NCBI GenBank assembly: GCA_040285825.1
Contig: JAUPSS010000004.1
Coordinates: 5,857,784-5,921,783, forward strand
DNA length: 64,000 nucleotides
From: Eukaryota sp. TZLM1-RC
Lineage: Eukaryota > Protista > Metamonada: BaSk clade
Reading direction: 5' to 3'
The notes beneath the pieces are model-generated. The model had not been told where the DNA came from, ran no database searches, and saw only the letters and a list, made by a program, of their open reading frames with translations. Shown here one piece after another: positions 13,000 through 25,199 of this stretch (position 1 is the first letter of the stretch; the number at the start of each line of letters is the position of its first letter). Made by a program: the position numbers and the translations under genes.

Positions 13000-14280
13000 T
13001 TCTGGATGGTTTCAAAAGAATTGTTCATGTCATTTCTACATATGTGAGCTTTGGAAGTTAAAATAATCAACAGAAATAAACGTTTCATCAATAAAAACAA
13101 TTTTTTCAAAACTGAGCTTGTGATGGTTTTGTGTTGTGATCCTTCTACTCCATCAAACAACCATATACGAGATACTCTAGTAGTGTTAGAATTGGAAAAT
13201 ATTTGTAGCTTTATTACATGTGTAATCTTATCCTTCACAGACCATCAGCAGAAAGGTTGCGGTAAGAGCAATTGAAAGCTTAAAAAACTAATTCTGTATA
13301 CATGTTTTTCATTTTAGACTTTGCCAAGTTGCCTTTGGATTAATTTCAATCTGGATTGGATGATTTGGTTGGTGAAAAATGTATTCAGTGATTTCCTCAA
13401 AATGTTCAAAAAATTCCAAACTGTTTGAGACGACTTGATGCCATTTTTGAAGCCTCATCTGATCTCCCATGCAAAAATAGAAGTGCTAAACTTTATGGAA
13501 TAAATGAGAAACAACTGGTGCTGATTGGGGGGCTGTTTAAAAAAACTTTCCTGCTATTGATAATACAGCCTTTCCAAAATATATAAAGAACACTATCGCT
13601 CCGTATTTTCGTGTAAGTATACATTGGTTAAAATTTTCCTCTTATAGTGATTAAACGTTTCATACAGAAGAGCACACATCAACGCATCAAGATGAAGATA
13701 TTATGTTTACATGGTTTCTTTGTGGTATGTTTGGTTATCTGTATTATTTTTACTAGTTCAATTACAAATTATATATCTAAATAAAATAATTTTAAAAATT
13801 GAAACAGTTCGCCGCTGTGGAATTATTTAGACGCGGTGAATACTAGTAGTAAAATTGACGATTAGTCCATCCTGCGTGATCAAACAGTGAACTTTCCAAA
13901 TCAGATAGTATTTGAGTTGTAGATGCTTCTGGAAAACGGGAAGATTCAATTCTCACACGTCGTTGTGACAGTCCAAAAAAGGCTTCCACTGGATTCGATT
14001 CGGGTGAACATGGTCGTAATGCAGACCCACCTTACGAACTGCAATCTCATCTGGACATTTGGGAATGTCATAGCGGTCCATTACGAGTCTTTATCCAATA
14101 ATCTCCTTCAGGAAGTGTGGTACGGAAACCTTTCATAAATTAATGATGACCAGTTTTCCAATAGGAAACCAGACACATCGTTGGTGTCAGTGCTTACGAA
14201 CAAAAGAGATGTCTGGAGCCTTCTGAACAATGCAAACTAAGTTATAGAAGCCGTGGAACTGATTCCTGAAAGTAAGTGAA
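13000..14280 (+). pseudogene. Degenerate paralog of the 5638-6984 unknown gene
   Basis: Shares DDL..(F/L)L.PH.I..AK...KLYG.NEK.LVL.G (~13430-13530) and NN...(V/L)WY..L..I...FS.R (~14095-14165). Boundaries approximate. Confidence 0.45.
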
Positions 14281-14324
14281 AAGTCAACATCATATGGTTT
14301 GGAAATTGGGAATGTTGTTTTTAT

Positions 14325-15022
14325 ATTTATTGAACATGAACACTTAATTAAATTAATTCATTACTGATGGGACGAATATCATTGAACCAAGATTTCCTCT
14401 ACAAAATCTTGATCTGCCTGCTGTCTAGCTAAAGCTTCTTTTATTCGATGGAAAAACGGAGGTAATCTATCAATAATGGCGAATTGAATTCGAGAACGCC
14501 ATGAAAAATATCAAATCTTTTCATTGTTGTTTCTTGAACCATTTTTTGGAAGTCATTCAAATGAGTTTCTGCTTCATTTGATAATCTTCCATTTATCGAA
14601 AATGGGAAAGCAATAAAAACCATTTGTGTATTTCTATTAGCATTAGCCTCTTCATTATCTTTATCATATTTTCAACGTTTTTCTTTTGCTTTAAAATCAA
14701 GAGTACTCACAGGATTAAGTTTTCTTCTGTGAACAAAAGTATCATTTGCAACATTACATGGGACAAAATCAACAATAGCTTCAGAATTATCAATCCAATC
14801 ACAGTATACATCACCTCTATCATCAGAGCCAAAATTATTCAAAGAAAGTGTTTCCTTCAGCAGAGGCTCTTTGAAACACGATATTCTTGCAGTTTGTGCC
14901 ATATTGAAAACAGTGTCTCTAACAGCATCATGTAATGAAGAACGATAAGTTATCAATTTAGAACATTTCAGAGCATGGTGCACAGTGAGTTGGGATGAAT
15001 TCTAACAAATACATTTTTCTTT
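14325..15022 (-). mobile_element. 3' fragment of CRE-like non-LTR family A
   Basis: ORFs 14672-14983 and 14441-14623 match the family A C-terminus and 3' UTR. Confidence 0.9.
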
Positions 15023-15032
15023 TGAGTTCCTT

Positions 15033-15850
15033 TTCCTTGGGTTGGGCTAATGGTGCATCTGGCAAAAGTGAAAAAATATTATTGACAAAGACATATGTTT
15101 TATCTAGAGCTCTACAATGAGCACGAATAAAGTTTTTTGTCCAGGATTGACAAGTTTTAGGTAAACTTGTTTTCACGTTGGACGCCAATTTACGAGCCCG
15201 ACAAGTAAGGTAAGGAGAAAGTCCTGTTCTATTGATAAAATTACAATTCTGAGACTGCAGCCAAGCATTGAGAAAAAGATTGAATGAATTTCTATAAAGC
15301 ACCAAAGAATTTTCCCACAAAGGAACAAGAGACTTGTCTTGTGGGCATTCAGGAAGACATCCACTGTAAAAGATATGGAATAATTGGCGTTGGCCTTTAG
15401 ATGTGGAAGGAATGTAAAAATAGATTGGGGTGGATTTGCAAAGTTTTTAGAAAAAAATGATGACTTGACAAAAACCGAAAAAAAGAGTTTGATAATGTTA
15501 GGACTTTGGAAAAGAACCAGTGGTGATGACGGTCATAAAAAGACACCATACGTCCTGTTCCACTAAAGCTCTACATGCCAACGAAAAATTTAGAAGAAAG
15601 GATTGAAGCAATAAAGAAGCTTCATGACAAATCTCGGTGACCAAAGGAAGGTCAGTCCGAATTTGTTGCACCGCTCCAGGGGTCAGCAGCGAGTTAAGTG
15701 CACAAGACCGAGTGAACACACGTGACACAGAGTGGGTGTCTGTCATGTAGTGAGAATAAAGAGCTCATCTATCAAATTTTACACTTGTCACCCAATTTTC
15801 GACTTCTGGTTGCCTGTTCTGGGAGGTTTTAAACCCTCAACTTGGTTTTG
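15033..15850 (-). pseudogene. Truncated second copy of the Fanzor family A 5' region, with a ~90-bp insertion (~15411-15500)
   Basis: Reverse complement aligns with 52857-~53580 (MTDTHSVSRVFTRSCALNSLL...SWTKNFIRAHCRAL). Both ends abut non-LTR fragments. Confidence 0.9.
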
Positions 15851-16165
15851 AAATTATCAACAAATCAAAGCGGAGTTTCACCTTTCTTTGCAAAATCAAT
15901 TGCTGAATCCTTACAAAGACCAACAGTGACATCATCAACAACTTTTCACACCATCAAACCCAGGAGTAATTAAATCAGCACGGCGTTTCCTGAAAGTATT
16001 ATAATCTTCCTTTTCAGGTAACAATTTACGCACAAGAGGTTCAACAGAAGCTCCAATGTGGTGGCTTTTGCACATAGCGTATAGTTGGTTTCTAACAGCA
16101 TCGTGAACAACTGATCGATATGTAATATTAAATTTGCAACTAAATAAATGATTCAGATTGATAAG
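15851..16165 (-). mobile_element. RLE-domain fragment of CRE-like non-LTR family C
   Basis: Encodes YRSVVHDAVRNQLYAMCK and KRRADLITPGFDGV, as in 50605-51744. Confidence 0.75.
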
Positions 16166-16260
16166 CTTTTTTCTCCCTTTCCTGGTCCATCCTTCTCATA
16201 GTTCACTCTCTGTCACGGGGTCAAAGCTGGTCTATTCTTTGCCAAAACAATGTCGTTGAC

Positions 16261-17137
16261 TAATGATGACCCTGAAACTGATTAGACCGCCCAGGTAGAG
16301 ATTCTACCCATCAGATCAAGTTCATCCCCTCCACGCCGCCATTTTCCCCACCCTAAACGCTATGCTCAAAATTCATCCCAAAAAATTTGAAATTTATAAA
16401 AAATGATTTTTCACCTTTATGGAATGCCCTAATGTTCCTCCTGAAAAAGTACAAAAAAGAAGGCATACCTGTCCGAAATGTGGCATGGCTGGTCATAACA
16501 TTAGAAAATGCCCTGATGTTATTACGGAAAAATGAGACTGAAAACAACTATTTCAATTGTTAACAGTTTACAAACTCCCTCTGCAGTCTTCCTCCTTTGC
16601 CTAATGGTTCCGCTGATGATGTTAATTTGGATTTAAATTTTGATCAAACTCATGTACCAATAATTGTTGCTCCTAATCCTACAGATAATGTCTAATGATG
16701 ACCCTGAAACTGATTAGACCGCCCAGGTAGAGATTCTACCCATCAGATCAAGTTCATCCCCTCCACGCCGTCATTTTCCCCACCCTAAACGCTATGCTCA
16801 AAATTCATCCCAAAAAATTTGAAAGAAATTGAAAGAAATTTATAAAAATGATTTTTCACCTTTATGGAATGCCCTAATGTTCCTCCTGAAAAAGTACAAA
16901 AAAGAAGGCATACCTGTCCGAAATGTGGCATGGCTGGTCATAACATTAGAAAATGCCCTGATGTTATTACGGAAAAATGAGACTGAAAACAACTATTTCA
17001 ATTGTTAACAGTTTACAAACTCCCTCTGCAGTCTTCCCCCTTTGCCTAATGGTTCCGCTGATGATGTTAATTTGGATTTAAATTTTGATCAAACTCATGT
17101 ACCAATAATTGTTGCTCCTAATCCTACAGATAATGTC
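16261..17137 (+). repeat. Tandem duplication (432 bp + 445 bp) of the family B 5' region
   Basis: 16261-16692 and 16693-17137 are nearly identical. The second unit has extra GAAAGAAATT repeats. Confidence 0.95.
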
Positions 17138-18479
17138 TTCAACCATAAATGTCCTTTTTTGCAAAAAAATTTCTCTCTAATTCTTCCAATGATCGCCCTC
17201 CTTTGTTTTGTTTTGATTGTCAAACAAGTGATTTTCTTTGTGCACCTGTCAAAATTCCAGTTGAGGTGAGTCCTGTCAGTTCTGTTCCTGTGTCAATGGA
17301 AATGCGTTTTGTATTGATTGTGGAAATTCTTTGCCAGAAAGAATAAGAAGACATTTAATTACAAACCAAAACAAAGTAAAACTAGTTCATCGTTTCAAGC
17401 AAAAAAATTGTTCCTGAGAAGTAAATATGGAAGCGGTTTACAAATTATTTTTTCGGGTAAATTGGCTGGTAATAATTTTGACACTGTGGAAAAACTTAAA
17501 GTGCTTAATCCAACTGAAAATTTTTTCCCAAGTAAGCCTTCAATTTGTCACCATTAGCTCGAAAATTCTTTTCAGGCTCAAACAGTATTCAATGCTATTG
17601 CTAAATTGCCAAAAGAAAAGCTGTTGATCCTTCGGGCATTTTCCTTAGATTTGTTAAAAGTTGCTTGTAAAAATGCTCCAGACATTTCTGAGGATCTTGC
17701 TTTATTTTCAAAATTTAATGTGTTTGAATTATGTTCCTCCACCTGAATTGAGTGCAGCTCGTTTAGTTGCTTTAGTTGAACCAGGAAAAAGTAACAAACC
17801 CGATGGAGTTAGACCAATTGCTATCGGAGAGTCTTTAACCAGGTTGCTTTCTTCACTTTTTTCTAACCGAATTTCTACTAAGGCAAGGGACTATTTGAAA
17901 CCTTTCCAATTTGGTAATAAAACTGTTGAAGGTGCTTCTGTTGCTTCAATGACTTCAGATGTTGTCAATTTGGATTTTAAAAATGCTTTTAATTGAGTAA
18001 AGCGTAACTGTATTTATGATGTCCTTCTTCAAGAATTTCCAAAACTTTCAGCTTATTTGTATTTATTTTATGGAAAAAAGTCGGACTTAATTTTTGACAC
18101 CTTTACCCTTGAATTTTCTTCTGGTGTCAAACAAAATGATCCTCTTGGTCCATTGCTTTCTTGTCTAGCCATCCATAATACTATTGAAATGACCCAGAAA
18201 GAATTCCCTGAATTACGTATTGTTGCTTATATGGATGACATTTCTATTATCGGTTCTTATGAAAGCATTTGTAGGGTTTCTGAAGGCATTGCTGCATTTT
18301 AAGAAACATAAAAAACATAAAACATTGGAATATCCTTGAATCCAACTAAATGTTTCTTGATTGGAAGAACAAAACAATCTTTATTGATTCATGGTGCTCA
18401 AATTCCCTTTATTAATTATGAACAACAAGTTTTCAAGTTTCTCGGATGTTGGTTAGGTGATTTGAATGAAATTTATTAT

Positions 18480-20220
18480 ATTGCAAATTCAGGAGATGTT
18501 TCCTTCGCTAAAAAATGATTGCATATATGGATGATGTTGTGCTTAGTGGTGATTTAAATATTGTCAGAGAAGCAACTGGATTTTTTAAAGAATTATTTAC
18601 CAAAATTGGCCTTCAACTTAATTTACTTAAATGTGTTTTGTTATCGAATTCTCCAGTTTCCACAATAATTGATGATATTGAAATTCAAGCCAAATTATAT
18701 TCAATTGATGCTATTCGTCATTTGGGTTCATTTTTAGGAAATAATGATGAAATTACCAAAAAATTGTTTGAAAAGTTGAAATCAATTTCTGAAAAAATTG
18801 ACCGAATGATGAATTTAGATATACAAAAAAACATCAAATTTACCATTATAAGACTGTGTTTTAGTTCCAACTTCAATCATATATTTCGATCTACAAATCC
18901 TCGTGTCACTAGACCTTTGGCTCAAAAGTTTAATGAGTTACGTGCAAAAGTTCTGTCTCAATTACTGGGATGTAAAATGTTTCAAATTCCAGATCATGCT
19001 TACCGTAGTCCACATTATGGTGGTTTAGGGTGGACGAAGGCTTCTATTCTTACCTCGTGTGCTTTTGTTGGTGGATGCACAAATGCAATCTTTGAGTTTT
19101 CCGAAAGATTTGCAGATTGGGAAGATTTATTGATGACAACGCAAAGTTCCACTGTTTTTGCATTAAATGAAGAAATTTCAAGAATTGATGTAGAAAAATG
19201 GGGTCGATGTTTTCCCCAATCATTCAATGGCAATATTCCAGAAAAAAATGTTTTAAATTTGAAGTATACTCTTCGAACATTACAGAAAAGATTGACTGGA
19301 ATGTATGAAAAAGATCTTTATAATAATATTTGCAGCTCGGCTGTTTTAAATCAAGATCTTCACTCATTGTTATTGGAAAAGGGTGTTTGTGAAAACAAGG
19401 TGTCAGATTCTTCACTTTTTGTAACCATTGTACCACGAAGATTTGGATTGTGTGCTACTAATGAAGCATTTGTAACAAAAATGAGATTATATTTGAACAT
19501 CCCCATTAACCAATTATTATCAAAAGAAAAATGTATTTGTTCGAATTCACCTCAACTCACTTTGCGCCATGCTCTAAATTGCTCTAAATTGATAACTTAT
19601 CGTTCTTCATTACATGATGCTGTTAGAGACACTGTTTTCAATATGGCACAAACTGCAAAGATATCGTGTATCAAAGAGCCCCTGCTGAAAGAAACACTTT
19701 CTCTGAATAATTTTGGTTCTGATGATAGAGGTGATGTATACTGTGATTGGATTGATAATTCTGAAGCTATTGTTGACTTTGTCTCATGTAATGTTGCAAA
19801 CGATACTTTGGTTCACAGAAGAAAACTTAATCCTGTGGCTGCTCTGGATTTTAAAGCAAAAGAAAAACATAGAAAATATGATAAAGAAATTGAAGATGCA
19901 AATATCGATAGAAATACACAGCTGGTTTTTATTGCTTTCCCATTTTCGATAAATGGAAGATTATCAGTTGAAGCAGAAACTTTTTTGGATGACTTCCAAA
20001 AAATGGTGAAAGAAAAAACAATGAAAAGATTTGATATTTTTTTATGGCGTTCACGGATTCAATTTGCCATTATTAATAGATTACCGCGGTATTTCAATCG
20101 AATTAGAGAAGCTTTAGCTAGACAGCAAGCAAATCAAGATTTTGTAGAGGAAATCTTGGTTTAATGATAGTCGTCCCATTAGTTATGATTTAATTTAATC
20201 AAGTGTGCAAATTCAATAAA
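18480..20220 (+). mobile_element. 5'-truncated CRE-like non-LTR family A copy with intact 549-aa RT-C/RLE ORF (18515-20164)
   Basis: YMDD, GLQLN..KC, HLG, GGLG, CCHC, HDAVRD, EP, RGD..D. Ends at CAATAAAT. Confidence 0.93.
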
Positions 20221-21289
20221 TTAATTATAATTTGCCTAGTGATATCTGGATTCAGTGTTTGCTCAAAATGTTCAACAAATTCCCAACAGATCACTTCCAA
20301 ATTTACGTTTTTATCTGAAGAAACTTCAGTACCATTTGGTTAAACTAGATGAGAGCTTGGATTTTGAAGTAAGACTTGGCTTGGCCAAAACTGAAAATCC
20401 CGTTTTCGGAAATTGTTTAAAGGACATTCGTAATAGTTCTGCTGCTGCTTAAGTAACTTAAATTCCTTCTGTTTATGACCTTTTGTTAAAAAACAATGAA
20501 TGGCTTTTAAACGTGCGTTTTCGATGTTTTCTATGGCCAAGCAATTTGCCCAATCATGTAACATGTAAATGTAGTAAACTCCTTTTGTTTACTCATCTTT
20601 TGAACTGTAAACATTTCATTACATTTAGAAATAAAGTGCATAATAATGTTAGGGACCAAATTTATGTAATGTACAAATCATATCGAATAGATTCCTTTTT
20701 AGAACCGCTGTTATCAAAATTAATTCTTGATGATCCCAACATTGATAGTACGCGTTACAACAGAGCTTCTATGGGTCTGACATGAGGTTATTTGGTTGTT
20801 CTCGGCATGAATGGTAGTTTTACTATTTTAGACGCCATGTCTATTGACCCTTGTAATTCCTCTAACGAACATCTCATTAATTCGGATGTAAATAATCCTC
20901 TTCTTGCAGGCGAAAAATATAAAATTGCTAAATATGCGAAACCCATTTCCTCGGTTAATGAAAATTCGCATGCCAAATATAATTTATGTCCCTTTGTTTT
21001 TTCTTTGCTTGGATCTCTAGCTATGGCTGCTATGGGTTTTCTTGAGGATTTTGTTGTAGTTGTAAAGAAAAGAACTGGAAGAAATTTCAATCGTGTTTAC
21101 AGGCAAAACAGGATTGTATTTTCTATTTTTAAGGGAATGGAAAAACTAATTTCTGATTCAGTCTGTTCTTTTGGGAATTTTTTTGAATCTTTAGCACTTA
21201 ATTCTTTTGATGTAAGGGAGGCAGGTTTTGAGGATGTGGAGTTTGAGTTGTGTATTTTATGTATTCATGTTTCTTGTTAAATGAATATA

Positions 21290-21570
21290 TTATCTTCGGT
21301 AAAACAGATTGATAAGCTGATCACAACGACAAATCAAATCATTTGACACACTGCACGGCCAAGGAAGACACCTCATTCTTAAGGCAGTTGTCCATTGATG
21401 ATTATTTAACAATAGACCGTAAACATTTGGAATTTGGAAAATGAGACAACTGGAACTACTTTCCTCAAGATCAGTTAAAAAGTTAGCAAAAACGGGATTC
21501 TTTTCCTTAGCCAAGCTAAGCCGTAAAGTAAAATCCAAGTTTTCTAAAACTTTTAGCACAAGTGGTTCCA
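21290..21570 (-). mobile_element. Internal fragment of non-LTR family C
   Basis: Matches ~51060-51300 (LKVLENLD..RLSLAKEKNPVFANFL). Confidence 0.85.
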
Positions 21571-21711
21571 TTAATTTTAGTTTTCTTTCAAAACCTCCCC
21601 CAAAACCAATGCCAAATCAGTTCAGGAGCTTCTTAGCATAAAAACCATTCAATAATGTTCAAATAAACAACATAAAACATCAACTATTTATTTACAAATT
21701 AACTAACTTTA

Positions 21712-22095
21712 TTACAGATTGTCTAAATGAACAGAGATATCTTCAACAGTATTGAAAAGGGCTTCCAGCTCTCGTTCGTCTAGCTAAATGTTAACATTTT
21801 CCTTCAAGATGCCATTAGAAAGCTTCAAACCAAGTAAAACGCTAGGGACCGAAGTGTTTTTGTTTGATGAATGACTAACAATTTTGTTCAACTTCCAATC
21901 AGAGCTTTCAAGGAAAGTTTTCCTGGTATTATTACCGGATGAGCGAGGAGCATGAGGTGTGTATATGGACTGTACCGGTTGAGGCGTCGGTAATAGAGCA
22001 GCATAAGTTGCAGTTTGTGAAGGGCCAGTAGTGGGGCATGAACTGAGGGAGAAATAGAAAGAAGTTGAAAGATTACAGGCGAGTCCTAAAGCTCG
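21712..22095 (-). pseudogene. COMM-domain (COMMD family) gene with an in-frame TAG; 5' end unclear
   Basis: Manual translation FLESSDWKLNKIVSHSSNKNTSVPSVLLGLKLSNG..ENVNI*LDERELEALFNTVEDISVHLDNL* fits the COMM pattern (DW, P.V.L.L, C-terminal helix). TAG at 21784-21786. Confidence 0.6.
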
Positions 22096-22196
22096 AAAAA
22101 AGAAGTTAAGTGAGGGAAATAAGAACCTAGTTTATGAAGTGAGGGGAAAGTGTGGGAACAGTGTAAACCTATAGCAAAAAAATAAGTACAACGAAC

Positions 22197-22673
22197 CAAT
22201 GTTAGAATTCCGAACGTTCGCAACCCTTCCGAACGTTCGGCCGAACTAGTTTTTGTTCATTTACACGTGTCAACACTGTTTTGTATAAAAATGTTTTCCC
22301 AAATCCCTATTTCAACTACTACAATAGATTTCATTGTTTAAAAATCTGTATTCATACATAAATCCCCTTGGAGTATAGAGCTGGATATGCCTTATGTACT
22401 CAATTATCCACCATTTCTGTCAAGGATATAAACACTGTCCTAGGTTAATGACCTAAATTTAGATGTTGTAGAACTTTCTGAATAAAAGTTTACTTTGTTG
22501 GTTGATAGTGAGTATAATAGTATAAGGAAGGATGAGATAAACAGCGTTTTGATATTAATGAATCAAAACGAGATGCCGAACTAACCGAACGTATCAGTAG
22601 GTGCCGAACGTTCGGCCGAACGTACGCCGAGCTAGTTTAGTTCGGCCGAACTAGTTCAGTAATTCTAACATTG
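22197..22673. mobile_element. Non-autonomous hAT-type DNA transposon (MITE)
   Basis: 13-bp TIR CAATGTTAGAATT / AATTCTAACATTG; 8-bp TSD CAACGAAC (22189-22196 and 22674-22681); clustered subterminal CCGAAC/GTTCGG repeats. Confidence 0.92.
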
Positions 22674-22681
22674 CAACGAAC

Positions 22682-23380
22682 CCTTATCTCAGCCTGGGCG
22701 TGTTAAGCATGTCAAGTACCAGCTGGTTCCATTTGCTGTTTCTCTTTTTGGTAACATTGGAATATCTGGCATTAAATTTCTCGAAGAATTCAGATGTTTA
22801 ATAAAAGAAAGAGCAGGAAAACAATTGAACTTCAATTTTTTGCACAATAGAATTGTTTTCAGTATTCTTAAAGCAATTCGTGAAATGCTCACCAAAGCAA
22901 TGTAACAATTAGGAATAGAGTATGCAAATCGCGGTGCTGAAGAGATATGATGATGTTGATGCGTGTGTTGAGGATATTGAGTTCTAGGTTGTTGTTTAAT
23001 GGTTTGTCAGTGTTGAAAATAAGAATTTATAATCCAAAATTACTGAATTAATTAAACAGTAAATGTGTGGAACCTTTTTCTTCTGTCAATGAAAATTCTC
23101 ATGCCCGATATAATCTATGATCCTTTGGCGTTCGTTTCTCCGATCTTTAAGTAGGGTTACAATCACTTTCCTTGAGTATTTCAATGCAGTTGAGAAGGAA
23201 AGGACTGAAAGAATTTTCAATCGTGTTTATTGGCAAAATAGGATTGTACTAATTCACTTTCTTCATTTGGTAAATTCTCTGAATCTCTAGTAGTTTACCG
23301 TTTGGATGTGGCAGAGGCAGATTTTTAGGATTTCGAGCTTCAGTTGTCTATTTCTATTTCTGTTTGTTGCTTAATAAAAG
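22682..23380 (+). mobile_element. Stacked 3' tails of non-LTR families C (~22175-23020, split by the MITE) and B (~23050-23380)
   Basis: GRVKHVKYQLVPFAVSL..NRIVF..EDIEF*, followed by a degenerate match to 20930-21280. Confidence 0.75.
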
Positions 23381-23691
23381 AGAAATTTGTGAAATGTATT
23401 GTAGGAGTAAGTCAAAACGCAGATGTGCATTTGGATGGAAATTCAAAATAAGTTAATAAGTCGTTTCAACATTTGTATTGTGGTTGTTTAAGCAGGGAGT
23501 GTTCAGGCGTAATTTTAAAGTTTTTAAATCCAGTTTATTATATTGTTAAATTCCAAAATTATTATATTATAAAAAAATCTTCAAAAATCTGATCAAAAAC
23601 AAATGTACTGGCTTTCATCAATATTGACTCTTTAGCAAAAATAATGCTTTAAAACAAAAATTTATTTCTAAACAAAAAATTTACAATAGGT

Positions 23692-24898
23692 CTATGAAGG
23701 ACATTCCTGTACGTTTAGAAGTCTAGAACTTCCAACTCTGCTAGCTCCAGATCCAGTTTGGTATTTGATGGTTCCAGTGTATGTACTTCCACGGTTAAGA
23801 GAGTATGTTTCGAAAGAGGGGCCATCATGGTCACTGTGGGTACCAAGTTCACAGGTTCCAGAAGCAGCAGAAACAGTAACATTGTTGCGGGAACCACCAA
23901 CTTCAATCACGAGATTGGCGTTATCAGCAATATAAGCGTCAAGGGTTCCAGTTCCGGTTCTCATGTGGAGTGTGTAACTGCCGTGAGCAGTGGCCTCGAT
24001 TCTTTGGTTTCCGAGATTTGTTACAACTTCCAGAGATGAACCAGAATTAAACGTAGTTTCAAAATTGGCTGAGGATGTGATTTTGTTGCTTCCAGTAACT
24101 TCGAAATTTCCCCTGGCGGTTCCTGAATTTGTTCGGAATTCAACATTGTTTAAAACAACATGGTTGAGGAGCATAGGATGTTCGTATGTAGTGGCTTGGA
24201 TAGAGAAATCTAATTTACTTCCTGATGGAACATAGAAAGTATCTCCGGGAGCGACATACACTGTGACTTCTACAGTGAAACAATCGTTAACCCATGTGGC
24301 ACCATCTTCCATATGAAACTTCAGTGAACCACCAGTAGAACCAGGCTCATCGTGGGTGAGAGGACGATCACTGTCTCTGTTGTTCTTAAGATGAATAAGC
24401 ATTTCAGGATAGCCACTATCGACTCCTGCTTTTTCCTCTACTTTGAAAAAACCGCGATAACCCTTGATGTCGAAACCACCGGCAAAATCAGCATATGAGT
24501 ATTTGAACTCTTCAGAATATTCATCAGCTAACTGAGAGCACACATAGGAACCATATACAGCAACAGCAATAATGATAATGATGATAACAATACAACAGGT
24601 ACAGATACCTAAGATTAACTTCTACAAAAAACATACTGGCACAAATACCCTTCTTCTTTTTGGGCATGTTACGGAAACCCTGAAGAGTATAAACAGGGGC
24701 ATGTTGAGGGGGTTGAGGTTGGTAAGACTGTTGCATCTATGATGAGAATCTAATAGTGAACATACAGGAGGTTGCATCATGGGTTGTTGTTGCATAGGCT
24801 GACCCATCATGGGCTGACCCATGTAGGGTTGTTGTGGTTGTTGTTGATATTGTTGAGGCTACAATGAGGGTCATAATGATTCATACTTGTTGGTACAT
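23692..24898 (-). CDS. Type II membrane/surface protein: Q/P-rich N-terminus, Cys-rich TM segment, beta-rich extracellular domain; 3 introns
   Basis: Removing GTATG..AG introns 24859-24886, 24737-24765 and 24609-24636 gives one frame: MYQQPQQ...KKKKGICASICTCCIVIIIIIIAVAVYGSYVCSQL... Confidence 0.85.
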
Positions 24899-25199
24899 GT
24901 AGAGAGATAATATAATATAAATTCTTTGTTTGCAGTTTTTCCTTCAATAGTTTGGCACCAACAACATCCAACTAATACACCACGACTGTTGATAACTACA
25001 CCACTTTAATTGACCAAAATGATCTCACGGAATCTTTTGTGACATTCAAAGATTTTCAAGACACATGGCTTCTATATGTTTTACAGCTTCTTCATGATCA
25101 CCTCTTCTTCTGTTGTATACCTGCCTCTCTTCATGGTCAATACAATATGACCTAATGTGTTTCATTTTGATTATTTGACATGTTGGTCATTCTATACAA

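Larger units (their letters stand above)
16170..21285 (+). mobile_element. Near full-length but decayed CRE-like RLE non-LTR retrotransposon (family B), interrupted by a family A copy
   Basis: 5' GC-richer leader; CCHC knuckle (CPKCGMAGHNIRKC); RT motifs RPIAIGE, DFKNAFN, GVKQNDPLGP, YMDD (17660-18470); RLE half resumes at 20221-21280. Confidence 0.85.

Noticed and set aside
15411-15500. Intron in the second Fanzor copy
   Set aside because: No AG acceptor at the boundary, and much longer than the 28-32-nt introns seen here.
21784-21786. Stop-codon reassignment (TAG read as an amino acid)
   Set aside because: AspRS ends with TAG at its conserved C-terminus, and long conserved genes have no internal stops. 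In-frame stops are confined to decayed sequences.
22200-22660. CCGAACGTTCGG repeats as a CRISPR-like array
   Set aside because: Irregular spacing with no spacers; they are subterminal repeats of a TIR/TSD-bounded MITE.
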